A DNA stretch of 64,000 nucleotides from Macrostomum lignano (taxonomy: Eukaryota), in NCBI GenBank assembly GCA_002269645.1, contig NIVC01000064.1, positions 248,001 to 312,000 on the forward strand. The letters run 5' to 3'. Position numbers and translations under genes: made by a program. The notes beneath the pieces were generated by a model. It ran no database searches, had not been told where the DNA came from, and saw only the letters and a list, made by a program, of their open reading frames with translations. This document shows, piece by piece, positions 51,061 to 63,449 of this stretch (the first letter of the stretch is position 1; each line of letters begins with the position of its first letter).

Positions 51061-52125
51061 TCCCCAAATCAATGTGGCATGTTCATTGCTCGTCCATCTT
51101 CCGCAGACAACGGCTGCCGCTCGTCGTACCGCCCGAACCCGAGCCAACCCCAGCTGGTGGTGAGCAGCTCCTACTCGAAGGCCACCTACTAAACGGAAGC
51201 CATTCCGGATATCGCCGGCTGCATTCAAAGATGCAGCACCGCCGCTAGCAGCTGCCTGGCGGTGCTTTTCAACCGACAGGCCCGGCTCTGCCACCTGCTG
51301 AAGTTCTCTCTGGTGCCGCAGGCTCTGAGCACCGTCGATGGAGAGTTCTATGCTCGTGGATAAAATCCTTTTGTATTCTCGCTGTAAATTAGGATTAATT
51401 TTCGTTCACTTTGATCGGTTCGACAGCTGTCTGCGATGTTCTGGCTCTCTGGAGACTCCGACAGTAAAGGTGTTTTTTAACGATTGAACAAATCAGAAGT
51501 AATCAATTTGCTTTTCCTGAGAGCTTTAAAAATTTTACGTACGGACGTTAGGACTCTCATAAAATACTCTTGACTAACATGTTAAAAATATTCTTGCAAT
51601 ATCCTTGATCCTTTGAAATTTAAGTAAATGTAAGAGAGTCTAGTTATATAGCTAGCCAATCTGCATCCTGGTCCCCCTCTGCGACCCATCCAATTTCTGC
51701 TGCGCTTGTTCTTTAGAGGTGATTGATAAAACAAAAAATTATAAGACAAGTTTTTTTACTGTATATCGATCAAGAATAAAGCGATGGACCTTTTTTATGA
51801 CCCTCTCGACAAAGAAAATGCTACTGCTTATCATTTCATGATCTATCGATATGATTGATATGGCATGCTTCTACTGACACTGGTTCAAAGCAAGCAAATA
51901 CAACCAGCAATTACAGTGTTTGAAGTGTCTGCAGCCTAGCGCGTGACCCAACCAAATTACAAGTACAATGCAGCCTACAACGAAACCTGTCGATTTGTTA
52001 TCCATAACATTTCTAGATGCTAAAGCAAGATAATGTTTGTCGCAAAATAAACTTTCGGTGTAGATATAGAACCGAAACACATCTTGAGGCCTCGACCGGT
52101 TAGCTTTCAATATCTTGTAGCCAAA

Positions 52126-55100
52126 ATGCCAGCCGCCTGTCGACTTTTTCTAACCGTTTCTAGTCTGTTCTGTGCAGCATCATTGCTGACTTCAACAGCC
52201 GATGCAACCGATGCAGCCGCTGCAGCCGCTGCACAGTTCCTAGCCAGAGGCCACGTCAACGGCTGTCCATTCTCGGTGCTGGATCTCGGTCGGGGACGCG
52301 ACTCGGCTGACGAACGACTGCTGATGGAGCCGCTGATGTGCGTGACGACAAGTCCTGACGAATTGGCGCCGCGTTTTGACCCGGTGCTGCGGCGCTCCTA
52401 CCTGAGCGTGCCGGTGCTTTTGAGCGACAGCGAGTTGCTTGCCCATGCGTCTCGTCAAGTCAACCGACCGGACTTGGGGACGCTGAGCCCTGCACGAATT
52501 ACCGAAGTTAATACCGTGGAAGACGGATTGCCAACCAGTGTCATTGTGGCATTGGACTTTGTGTGGACTCCGCCTCAGCCTGTGGGATTTCTATGGCTGG
52601 GATGTCGAAGAGAGGTTGGATGCAACGAAATGTAAGACGCAGCAAGTGGCACGGGCGCAATCAAGGCTAAAGTAGGAGGCATAGCTTGTAGGAGTACACA
52701 CGTAGTCTCTTTTCAAACAAGAACTGTTGGTTGGTTCATTCCTGCTGTTGTAGACAACAAAGACACATTGGTTTATGGCTTTTGCACGAATAGAAAAACG
52801 CAAAAAATTGGTTAAGGCTGTTGTGAAATCTTACTGATGAGTTAACGACAGAGAATACCTAGCTTTATGTAAATTTTACATGGGAGAGCTGTTGTATAAA
52901 CCGAACTTACCTAACTTTATAACCAACTCAGACTCAGAAGCCATCAGTTAGAAGCCATCGAGGGTGTCCTGCTGTCGGCAAAACTCCTGGGGCTCTCCAG
53001 CAATGCCAGCACGACATTCACCTATCGACTGATGGTGCAAAATCAAACCTTGTCGATGTCAAACGGCGGAAGTCGAGACGTTGCGCGTCCGCCGACTTGT
53101 CCTCAACTGCGACCTCTGAAAACTTTAGAGTCGGAAAACTGCGCCATCCAGGTTTACCAGAGGCTGGATAGGAGGGGTCATTATCTAGTTGAACCGTTGT
53201 TATGCTACGATAAAACGATCGCAGAGACGATTCTTCGTAAAGACAAACTCCGAGGCACAAACTACTTGCGTCTGACTCTTATGCTGCACGACGATTTTGT
53301 TCTGAACACAGTGAAAACTCATCTGGAGTACCTCAGACCCATCTCCGTTGAGTTTATGCGACTTTGGCAAGCTAAAGCTGTCGTCGATTCGGAATTTAGT
53401 AATCACTATCAGATTGGAACGTTGTTGATCTCAGAAAACAGCAGCTTAGCTAAAGTGCAAGTGCACTGCAGCAACTGGTCAGACTGTGCAGCCTTGCGGT
53501 GAGACATCTGTCTTGGATTTACCTACCATAGGTTCACAGCTGTCATTTATTCATCTCGGGTTGTTGTAAAAATCGACCGAATTCATTTTTAATAAAGGGG
53601 AAAATACATGTACTTTCACCTGCTCAGGTGCGCCATCACCACGGACCCAATCTATTTTTGGCGTCACGTCAAGTGGACCTACGAGACGACAGTAGATGAC
53701 ACCTGTCTGCACACGCCAGCTACCGGCCCAAAGCACTCTTGGCAGGTGCTACGCGAAGCTAAACCGATTTCAGCTCGATCGAGACGCCAGCTCCAATGCA
53801 ACGGCACACCTTGCAAGTACGTGAAGTACAGAGGCGGCAAAGAGTACACCGTTGTGCTTCAACGAATCCGAGGAAGCGTCAGTTTCCAGCGAAACTGGAC
53901 CGAGTATGAGAACGGTTTCGGGGACGAGACAGATTTTTGGATCGGTTAGTTCAAATTAATATGCGGTTAGTTCAAACCCTTTTTAAAACTGATTTGAGCG
54001 ATCTTTGATCCGCGGAACTACAGCTAGCTACAGGGTCTTTACCTTAATCCGGAACCCGGCCAGAAAATTCTACCAGGAACCCTGGTATTAAAACCCGACC
54101 ACAATCCTGTACTATGCTAATTATCTATCCACTTTGACTCTCTTCCTTCATCCTTCTTTTATCTGTCCACAGTTCTTAGCTGACATGCCATTTCCAACGG
54201 TCTCATTGTTGGCAAAGTTGTCTGACAGATCAAGTAGCTCTGTATGTCTGACTCTCCCCAATATTACGTGTACATGTAAGATATACACTATATGAGTCAC
54301 TTATGGTGAACACGCTGCGCAGTCGAGGGGGTTATAGTGGACGAACTGGCGGAGATTCTCGGGCCTGAAAACGTCGGTAAGATCCGAGTTTATCCTGTGG
54401 TAGGTGAGCCTGTCCTGAGTAAAGGGTTCGATTGCGTGCACATCACAGATGAAGTGTTCTGAATTCTCAACACCATAGCCTGAGAGGGTCGCCAAAATAT
54501 CCGCCCAAATGTCCAAGCGGAGAATGTGAGACTGGCTGCTAGGAAAGGGCAGCGAAGGACTGTCAACAGTCGGGATGGGGGGGGGCGTTAGCCCCCTTTT
54601 TCTGTGCTCTGATCCCACCCAACTGGTTAATCGGAGTGATGACGGCCACGGGCAGGGGGCAATGAAGGATTCAGTCGATAAATCTCTCGTTGCCATAGTG
54701 CCCTACCTATGCTACACGCATATGATGATATTTCAAGCCTTTTACACTCAGGTCTAGAAGCGGTGCACGCGCTGAGCAAGTTTGGAATCACTCTGCGAAT
54801 CGAGCTCAAACTATTCAATGGCACTGAACTGTTTGGAGAATTTAATGAATTTCGAGTTGGAAATTCAAGTACAAATTATCGAATGACGTACTCAGAAATG
54901 GCAACAACTGCTGGCTTCTCAAATATGGGATTCGATCCACTAATCAAGCACCAGGGCATGCAGTTCTCAACTTTGGATCGGGATAACGACGCCAATGAGA
55001 ACTCGTGCTCCAACAACTGGGGCAGAGGTGGCTGGTGGTTCAGCAGCTGCTACGATTTCTACCCAACGGGGCTGTTTCCACTCAGCAAGACGAGTAACTA

Positions 55101-55182
55101 TAGCTACATGATTTTCGGAGACGTTCAACGGCTGGCCTTTCGACAGGTTCGACTAATGTTCGAGGCCGATTTTTGCGGTTAG
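52126..55182 (+). CDS. Secreted fibrinogen-related domain (FReD) protein with two unassigned tandem N-terminal domains, 4 exons, ~606 aa
   Basis: Exons 52126-52631, ~52932-53498 (acceptor 52932 or 52938), 53628-53944, 54752-55182; phases 2,2,1 join in frame. Signal peptide; VVLQRIRGSVSFQRNWTEYENGFG..FWIGLE, FSTLDRDND, GGWWFSSC; AATAAA ~55267. Confidence 0.88.
54300..54520 (-). mobile_element. Short LINE 3' fragment in FReD intron 3
   Basis: ENSEHFICD..FTQDRLTY resembles EDAQHFVCHCPFFTRDRLHY of the 32365-33476 fragment. Confidence 0.5.
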
Positions 55183-55276
55183 AAACCACTAAGAAGATTG
55201 CAGAAGCTCAGAAGTTATTCAATAGAAATTGACCTTTATATAATATAAATTGTTTTACTTCTCTCAATAAAATCTA

Positions 55277-55516
55277 CACTCAGCAACATGTTAAAGTTTC
55301 CACCCAAAGCCAGTGGTCATGAATAATGAATGAATGAATTAATTAATTAATTTTTAATGTTATCATTGACAATACAATAATATCAGTTTATTTTTCTTCT
55401 TATCAGCTTGATTGCGAAATCAGCCCATACGAGCCCGCGAACGTGGTGTGAATTGCGTCATTTGGGGCTGAGATCTGACAAGTTCTGGGGTGGAAACTTT
55501 AACATGTTGCTGAGTG
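55277..55516. mobile_element. MITE with CACT termini and TA TSD (CMC-like)
   Basis: 29-bp TIR CACTCAGCAACATGTTAAAGTTTCCACCC and its reverse complement, flanked by TA on both sides. Confidence 0.85.
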
Positions 55517-55558
55517 TACATGAAGAGTGTGTACTCTTGACATCAAAGTAATTAGCTA

Positions 55559-55820
55559 TACTCAGCAACATTGAAAAGTCGCCATGCACCCTTTGCCCCA
55601 GTGAGCAATGTCTCTCGACCAGCGTCTTTCACCTGGCCAACCATTTTTTTATATTAAAAATTCTCGAAAAACCGGGCGGAAGCCTCCGCTCTTCCCGATC
55701 CCTCCTCACCCAGCCCAACTCTGCGTCGCGTGGCGCAAGTTGCGTCACTCAAAAGTCGATACTAAGCTAGAATTTACTGCGCACTCTCAAAGGTGGCGAC
55801 TTTTTAATGTTGTTGAGGCG
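55559..55820. mobile_element. Second related MITE
   Basis: TACTCAGCAACATTGAAAAGTCGCCA / TGGCGACTTTTTAATGTTGTTGAG; a similar end occurs at ~655-690. Confidence 0.6.
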
Positions 55821-55849
55821 GTAATTACCAATAATAATTGTAGGAGGGC

Positions 55850-56200
55850 TGTGCAGGCACCCTATGGCGCAACGCCTTCGGCGACGCTGGTGATTCTGCC
55901 CTTTTTGCTGACCTCCTGAGCACATATCAAGCGCGCCAACGAAAAGTATGCAGACACGCACTCATACACACGCTCTTACAGGGTGTACAGCGGCCCTTTG
56001 GCTTTCTAATCATCAAAAAAGTGCACTCTCGAGCTCTGCAGTGCCTTGGGGATTGGCCCATATGGCTTTGTGAATCGCACGACCAAACTACGCCCAACAA
56101 TTTTCGTGCACAAGCCCAATACTATGGCTGCGCACGGAATCGAGAACCAGTAGTCGTGGCGCGAGACTCAGGCAAACTTAATAACCATTTTACTGCTCTG
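55850..56200 (-). mobile_element. Diverged tRNA-derived SINE (related to 26330-26674)
   Basis: Collinear blocks CTCCTGAGCA, CAAGCGCGC, GTGTACAGCGGCCCT, GGAATCGAG. Confidence 0.6.
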
Positions 56201-58575
56201 CCTCAAGTGCTACTTGCATTGTATGTCTGTTCTATTTCGTATTTTTAACAATGTTTTAATTATTCTAGAAATTGAATGCGCCGTTTAAAAAAATTATAAG
56301 TTTTTTCTCATCCTGATCAGGATTGTGTGAAGTTTTAAAAGCCGGGGAGGTGTGCGATACTTTTAATTACAACTGCTATTCTACTAAAGACTTTTCAATG
56401 TAGACTTGAGTAGTCCTTCTATTTTACGTACCTGTGTACGTGCACTGATATTAGGCCCGCGTATCTATACTTTAAATGCATGAAACATCTTGTTTTTAAA
56501 AAATGTTTTGTTTACTTTGTAAGTAGCTTTTGTACTAGTAGTTGTAGCACGTACTTAAATCATGCAGTGCGGCATTATTTTTTGGGGTTATTAATTGAAG
56601 AAATTTCGTTTTAGCAGGCTAGCTGTAGTAATTCTAAAAGGCGCTAAGTATACATACTTACTATATGGTACATCGATCTCAGCCGCTATGACGGCTTTGT
56701 GATGCCTAGACGTGCACCGCGTACTCCACCTCAAGTTGACACGTGATAGCTTCGAATGAGACGAAAGGTTTCACAAACACGAAGTTTCCCTACGTCGAAA
56801 AGCACCTTCCTTTACAAGGCTCGAAACTTTTTATAATGAGCTAGGTCGAAATTTGACAAACGCAAAAAAGTACTTCATGGTTCTTGTTGTATTAGCTTCA
56901 AATTAAAAAGCTATTGATACTAAGAAAATAACAATATAATTATCTGATATATTATATAAACATATGGAGGGGCTTTAAGCCGATTTGACGAATCGGTTTA
57001 ATGACAGTTGTGAGCTTCTTAGCTAGTAATAAAATTAATTCTAATATGCATGAAACTAGCAGTTTATTTAAATATACTACACTTAAAAATTATACAACAC
57101 TCATATTATAGATATTAAAGATTTTTATGCTTTAACATTCTGCCAGTTAATTTTTTGTTAAACTATTCAGCTTAAATTTGAGTTTCGTTGTTTTTTTTAA
57201 CAATTCGGTAATTTCTAGGCCTGCCTTCAATTCACAACCTCAATTAAGTTGTATACGAAAGTGGAATGTTCGGCCTTACGTTACATAAACAACAAGCAAT
57301 TGGATTTTTATTGTCTGCGATCTAAGAGTACTCAATTTACTGAAGCTATTTAAGCATCATTCGCCTTAGGCCTTCTTGCATGACTGGGCGACGGGCGTAT
57401 GGCATAGGCATAGGCCTAGCTTCGTATTCCATGGCATAAGCACAAATTGAGTTTGAGCATAATAGGCCTAATTATTATTGATTTTTGATTAGGCCCAGCA
57501 ATTATATCTTACTGATAATACTGACTTTTTACACTTATTTGAGTAGACTCCTACAAGTTCTGGCTTTATAGGACTGTGTTTCACTTAGGCTTTTCATGCA
57601 GATTGGTTCCAGAACCAGAATCGGTAGGAAAATGAAAAACTTCGAACCCATTTTATGTTTGTCAGTCTTTACAATTTAATTTTGTCTTTCCTTGACTGTG
57701 TTTCCTCTTGGATAGGCCTATGACAAAAAACAGAATCATAGCCTAATATAACAATACCGTCAATAGGTCTAGGCCTAATAAAAATTGACAATTTCAAATA
57801 TATATTTACTATTACAGTGTAAACATGACAATGGATAGATTGAGAAAACACAGTTCTAGAACCAATTCTAAAAATGGAATAGACAATATAAAAAGCTTCT
57901 AAGTTCTAACCAATTCTAGATTTTTTTCTAGAATTAGTAATATAAAAAGCCTAACTATGATGAACCTCTTGGCTCTCTATTGATAATTACACTGCTGAGC
58001 TATCAAAATTATTATTGGGGTTGGGGTTACTAACTTTTATTTTATTGTTGACACAAGATTATCATTGGGGATTTTGGGAATTTCTTAGGATTTAGGGAGA
58101 ATTAGGCAAATTCTACTACTAAAAAGAGTAAGGCCTAAGCCTGAGGTTGCTCCTAGTGGCATAATGTCTGAGTCTGAGTGGCAAGACACTGTCTATTAAC
58201 TCTATCAACTAATATTAGTCCAAGGGAGGGCTATGCGATAGATTGGAGTTGCCTAGGAAACAAGGTGCACTAACAGGGAATTACAATAACTTAAATAAAG
58301 AATGCTGACATAGAGGGTAATGCGCTTAATAGGGAAAGAGACAGGTCACAGTAGGGTACGCCTAATAAGGGACTAGAATTAGGAGGGGATTGGGCAGACA
58401 AAGAGTCTGGGTCTGGGCAGGGGAATTGACAGAATATCAATCTGGGCTCAAAGATCTAGAAATAGGGAAAGGCAGAACGCCTATTCAACAAAAGGGAGAA
58501 AAAAAGAGGCTGATTCACCTAGAGAAAGAAGGAAGGGCTATATGCTCTTGGGAAAAAAAGGGAGAGAGCCATGGT

Positions 58576-59125
58576 CAGGAAGATGCAGCGTGTGCGCCGG
58601 AATAACATCCATCAAAATTTTTGTTGTGCGCCGCGTGCGCCGAGAAAAAAAAATTACTTGTGCGCCATGCGCCGAGAAAAATACACTTGAAAAAGCACCA
58701 TCAAGTATTAAGTATCTAAATTGAATCAATATCAATGGAAGTTCAAGCAGTTCAATCATGGCTTCTATTTGCAAAATATAAGCAAAAAGACGCAACAAAA
58801 GCCGCGAAAGGCGCAAATTTGTTAAGTTTGTTAAGTCGATTAATGAAATTTGAAATAGGAACAACATTGGAAATAACGACTATCGTATCGACTATCGTTT
58901 ATTTTATTGATTGATTGACATTTAATATACATTTTTTTATTATTCATTATTATATTGTCACGTACACTGACGTACCTTGTGCGCCATGCGCCGAGCCATG
59001 CACCGATGCACCGAGCCATGCGCCGATGCGCCGAGCCCATGCGCGCGGCGTAGTGAAGTGTGCGCCGTGCGCCGGCAAATTGCTGATTTGCGCCGGAAAA
59101 TTCCGAGGATTCTACCGTCTTCCTG
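58576..59125. mobile_element. hAT-like MITE with TGCGCCG subterminal repeats
   Basis: TIR CAGGAAGATG / CGTCTTCCTG, degenerate 8-bp TSD (GCCATGGT vs GCTGTGGG), about ten TGCGCCG-like motifs. Confidence 0.6.
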
Positions 59126-60245
59126 GCTGTGGGGAGAGAGTGGGCAGAGACGGCATATCTCTAAATGAACAAGGCTGACTCAATGGCTATTTTTAGAACA
59201 AACTGTTCTTTTGGTACTAGGCCTGATAGTAAACCAGTACAAGTTGGTTTTTAATAGAAGCTTTCACACTTACATTTTAAATAGTCGGGTTACTAAAAAT
59301 GGTGGATAGTTTTAAACAAAATGTTTTCATTACAAAAGTTTTATCAAAGATATACACTAAGATTAGTAAATTTCTAATAAAATAATCATTTAATATACAT
59401 ATTATCACTAATGATAATAGTGATGGCAATTTACTTGTTAAAAAAGACAGTAAGTACTAAAGATTCTCTTTATATGCACAGATAATAGTCAATGAGGCAA
59501 AAGTTGATAGAATTTTAATATAAGGCTAGTTTTGAGAATAAAATGCTAATAAAAAGAATTAGGTATTTAATACAACAAATGATTATAAAAGTGATGTAGC
59601 ATGCAATAATAATAGCCTGTTACATAACTAACAATATGACTTATGACTGTATAGTAGGGCATATCTTTGTTGCTTTAAAAGTAATATTCACAATTTTAGT
59701 TCTTAAAAAAGCAAGATTCAAGAAATCAACTTTTAAAGTGATATTTTCTTGTGAAGAAAAAAATTTAAGTACTGAAATAATATTACTATTATTATTACTA
59801 TTTAATTTAACTCAATAATTGGTACTTGTCTTAGTCATGAATTAGGCCTACCCATGGGACTGTAAATTAGATTGTGTGCTTAGTACTTGATAGGCCTACT
59901 TGAAAACAACCAAGCCAATCTTTACAAGTTCATGTCAGTTCAATCTGCCTTGTTTTGGTATAATATTGAACATCTCATTTTTTAGATAGTAGAAAGGTCT
60001 TGGTGACCTACTTTTATTATTTTCAATCATTTTATATTAAAAATTGTTTTATTTTAAATAGTTTAATGAACAAAAAAGAGAACTTGCCTATTAACTATGC
60101 CATAATTGACATTATTAACTATGCCATTAATAGATTTGTTAGTAGGTCTATCTGTTTATATTTACTTAGATAAATATCTCTGTCAAAGTAAATCAAAAAA
60201 TTATACCAAGAGTATAGTTGTTTTCCTATGCATATACTAAGTTTG

Positions 60246-61058
60246 TAAAAGGGTTGTGTCAAAAGTTGGTAGACAAATCCTACTGCAATAAAGGCAAGCA
60301 GCTCTGAGTCTAAAACTTAGAGTTGCACTTTTCCACATAGTTTCCCTTCAGCTGCATACACTTGTCTTATCTCTTTGGCAGCTTGTTGATCCTGTCAGCA
60401 ATGACTTCTGTGTGGGTCCTCAATACCCACTGGTGGATTGCACAACTCAGTTCAGACAAGCTGCTATAGTGCTTGCCACATAATAGTTCTTTCATATTTG
60501 GAAACAATCAGTAGTTGCTAGGTGCTAGCCTCCACAAATGAGACAGATATGGCACCAGTTCAAAGCCAAAGTCTGGCAGCAAGCAGATTGTGGCAAGTGC
60601 ATATGTGCTCCTGCATCTGCATATCTGCCAGCAGCTTTGGCAGCAAGCAAGCAATGAACTGCATGTCATTCCTAACTACTTCAAGATGGTGTGATGAACA
60701 CTTCAATTGAATGCTCTGGATGTCCTCAAGCTATAGCATCGTCACTGTCAATCAGCATCCAGTGCCTGCTTCCAGCTCATGAAGAATGTCAGCCTGCCTC
60801 TTGCCTAAGTTGCCTTGCTTCCACAAAAACCAAATTTGCTCTGCATTTTATGAATTCGATTTTTTCCATAGTGGTCTGGCCACTGGCGGGTAGGTTGCAA
60901 AAGGGGCTGCTGTGAAGCGTATAGTAGATTGTGGTGGCTGAGAATTGTAGAAGTTGCCTATCTACTGTGTCTTTAGGGCCATGAAATTGTGTTTTATTGG
61001 TGCCTTGTGGCATGAGGCTGTATGAGTTTGTTTGCAAACTTTTGTCACAACCCTCATA
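60246..61058 (-). mobile_element. Old, internally deleted mariner-like relic
   Basis: TIR-like pair TA.AAGGGTTGTGTCAAAAGTT / AACTTTTGTCACAACCCTCATA; MEKIEFIKCRANL resembles a mariner N-terminus; many stops. Confidence 0.55.
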
Positions 61059-61227
61059 CGCTCGTAAGCCGTGATTTTCAAGAGCAAACACAGAAGCCGC
61101 ATCTGCAGATCACTCATTTTATACTGTCAGAAAATCTTGTTGTTAACAATGGATTTCTTTATAGATTTTAAATGAATTCTCTAATCTGCTCACTTCAGCT
61201 TAGAACTCAGTTTTGTCCTAACGGGCA

Positions 61228-63449
61228 ATGCCAAGTATGCCATCTGTAGCCATGATGGACAATCAAATTCTTGATGTGTGGAAAAATAATCTCAATATTG
61301 GCATGAAGAGGCTGCGGACTTTGGCCAAGAAGTATCACTATGTGGCTATTGTAAGTAGTATATTTACATTTCTCTAGTTAAGAGGTCGCCCATGGGACTG
61401 ATGGAGCATACAGAATCTATTAATAAGTTCTCTGCTTTCTGCCACTCTAACAGGACACGGAATTTCCAGGCGTTATCGCCCGACCCTATGGCACATTTGA
61501 GAACAACCAGGAGTACCAATACACCAACTTGAAGGCCAATGTAGACATGCTGAAGCCAATACAGATTGGTTTCTCATTTTTCGATGCCAACGGCGAATCG
61601 GCGGATCCTCCATCTACTGTGCAGTTTAACTTCCTATGGAATCAGGACAGCGAAGCGCACGCTCAGGACAGTATCGACTTGCTCAATCTGTCTGGCATCG
61701 ATTTTGAAAAGCTCAAAGTTGAAGGCATCGATTCTGCCGAATTTGCTGAGCTGTTTATTAGCTCAGGGTTGGTGTTGAATGATCAGGTGAGAGCGCACTT
61801 CAATTATTTTCAGGGAAAACGACACATATACTAACAAAATTTGCGTCATATTAACGACACATTACACCGACATACCGACAAGATTAGCGACACATTCACC
61901 GACAAGATTAGCGACACATTTACCAACAGTATTAGCGACACATTCACCGACATACCGACAAGATTAGCGGCACATTCACCGACAAGATTAGCGACACATT
62001 TACCAACAGTATTAGCGACACATTCACCGACAAAATTAGCGACACATTCACCGACAAGATTAGCGACACATTCACCGACAGTATTAGCGACACATTCACC
62101 GACAGTATTAGCGACACATTTACCGACAGTATTAGCGACACATTCACCGACAAGATTAGCGACACATTTACCAACAGTATTAGCGACACATTCACCGACA
62201 AGATTAGCGACACATTTACCGACATCAATAGCAACCTACGATGTCGTAATTTACCGACATCAGCGACAAACAAGATTTACAAGATTAGCGACGCAACAAA
62301 GTTCATTGTAGCTTTAAATTTTGCCATTGTTAAGCAATCAAACCAAAAGGCTCTATAATTGTAACCAGACATCACTTCCATTCTTCCTTCGCTCTCAGAT
62401 CACTTGGCTGTGCTTTCACTCGCCATTCGACTGGGCCTACGTTATGAAGCTGTGCACAGCCCAGCGCTGTATGCCGGCCTCTCTGCAAGAATTCACCGAA
62501 AGTCTCAGCTTATTCTTTCCCAATATTGTCGACATTAAAGTGCTGATGAAACGGTGCAAAAATTTGAAGGGCGGCCTACAAGAGGTGGCCGATCAATTGG
62601 ACGTGCCACGCATTGGTTCTCAGCATCAAGCTGGCTCCGATGCTAAAATCACTGGAGACGCCTACTTTAAAATTATCGACGTAAGTTAGTCAAGCTTTGA
62701 TGTTCTTTGATCTTTGCCGCTATCATTTAATCTTTTTAGATTTTAACAGCCATTTTTTCATCTTACCGCCATTATTTCATCTCGCCGCCATCCTTTGATC
62801 TCGCCGCCATCCTTTGATTTTGCCGTCATCCTTTGATCTTGCCGTCATCCTTTGATCTCACCGCCATCCTTTTGGTCTCACCACCATCCTTTGTTCTCAC
62901 CGCACCGCCATCCTTTAATCTCACCGCCATCATTTTGATCTCACCGCCATCCTTTGATCTCACCGCCATCCTTTGATCTCACCGCCATCCTTTGATCTAA
63001 CCGCCATCATTTTGATCTCACCAACATCCTTTGTTCTCACCGCACCGCCATCTTTTGATCTCACCGCCATTATTTGATCTCACCGCACCGCCATACTTTG
63101 ATCTCACCGCCATCTTTTGTAATTGCCGCTCTACTTTGATCTCAGCGCCACTTTATAATTGATCTCAACCAACCGTCCCTCAATATCAATCCCGCCGCAG
63201 ATGTACTTCGAAGGCAAGGTGGACACCAGTCTGGTTGGCTTAGTCTGGGGCCTGCACGAGAGCGGCAGCTCGACTGGCAACGGCATCAACTCCTGGGTGC
63301 CCACCACCGTTGCTTCGTCAATCGTCAGCGGTTACGACGGCTCCTCGTCCTGTGCGGGCGCCTTGAACGGCTCCGGCGCCGGCAGCGCCGCCTCCAGCCA
63401 GCCGAGCTCCCACCGGGCCAGCCCCGTGCCGGCGCAGGAGTCCAGCTGA
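61228..63449 (+). CDS. CNOT7: CAF1/CNOT7-family DEDD deadenylase, 4 exons, ~328 aa
   Basis: Exons 61228-61350, 61454-61786, 62399-62680, 63201-63449, all GT-AG phase 0. Motifs [56 protein letters not shown]. Confidence 0.92.
61850..62290. repeat. 24-bp minisatellite in CAF1 intron 2
   Basis: Unit GATTAGCGACACATTCACCGACAA. Confidence 0.93.
62745..63150. repeat. ~19-bp minisatellite in CAF1 intron 3
   Basis: Unit CTTTGATCTCACCGCCATC. Confidence 0.9.

Larger units (their letters stand above)
36654..51363 (+). pseudogene. WSC + PAN/apple-like copy C, pseudogene
   Basis: Exons 36654-36803, 40886-41129, 51107-51363. In-frame TAG at 41012-41014 (Tyr in A/B: WSYGS) and TAA at 51190-51192 (Trp in A). 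Splice phases remain compatible. Confidence 0.85.

Noticed and set aside
41012-51192. Stop-codon reassignment or programmed readthrough in WSC-C
   Set aside because: All neighbouring genes use standard stops, and the two stops replace different residues (Tyr, Trp); pseudogenisation is simpler.
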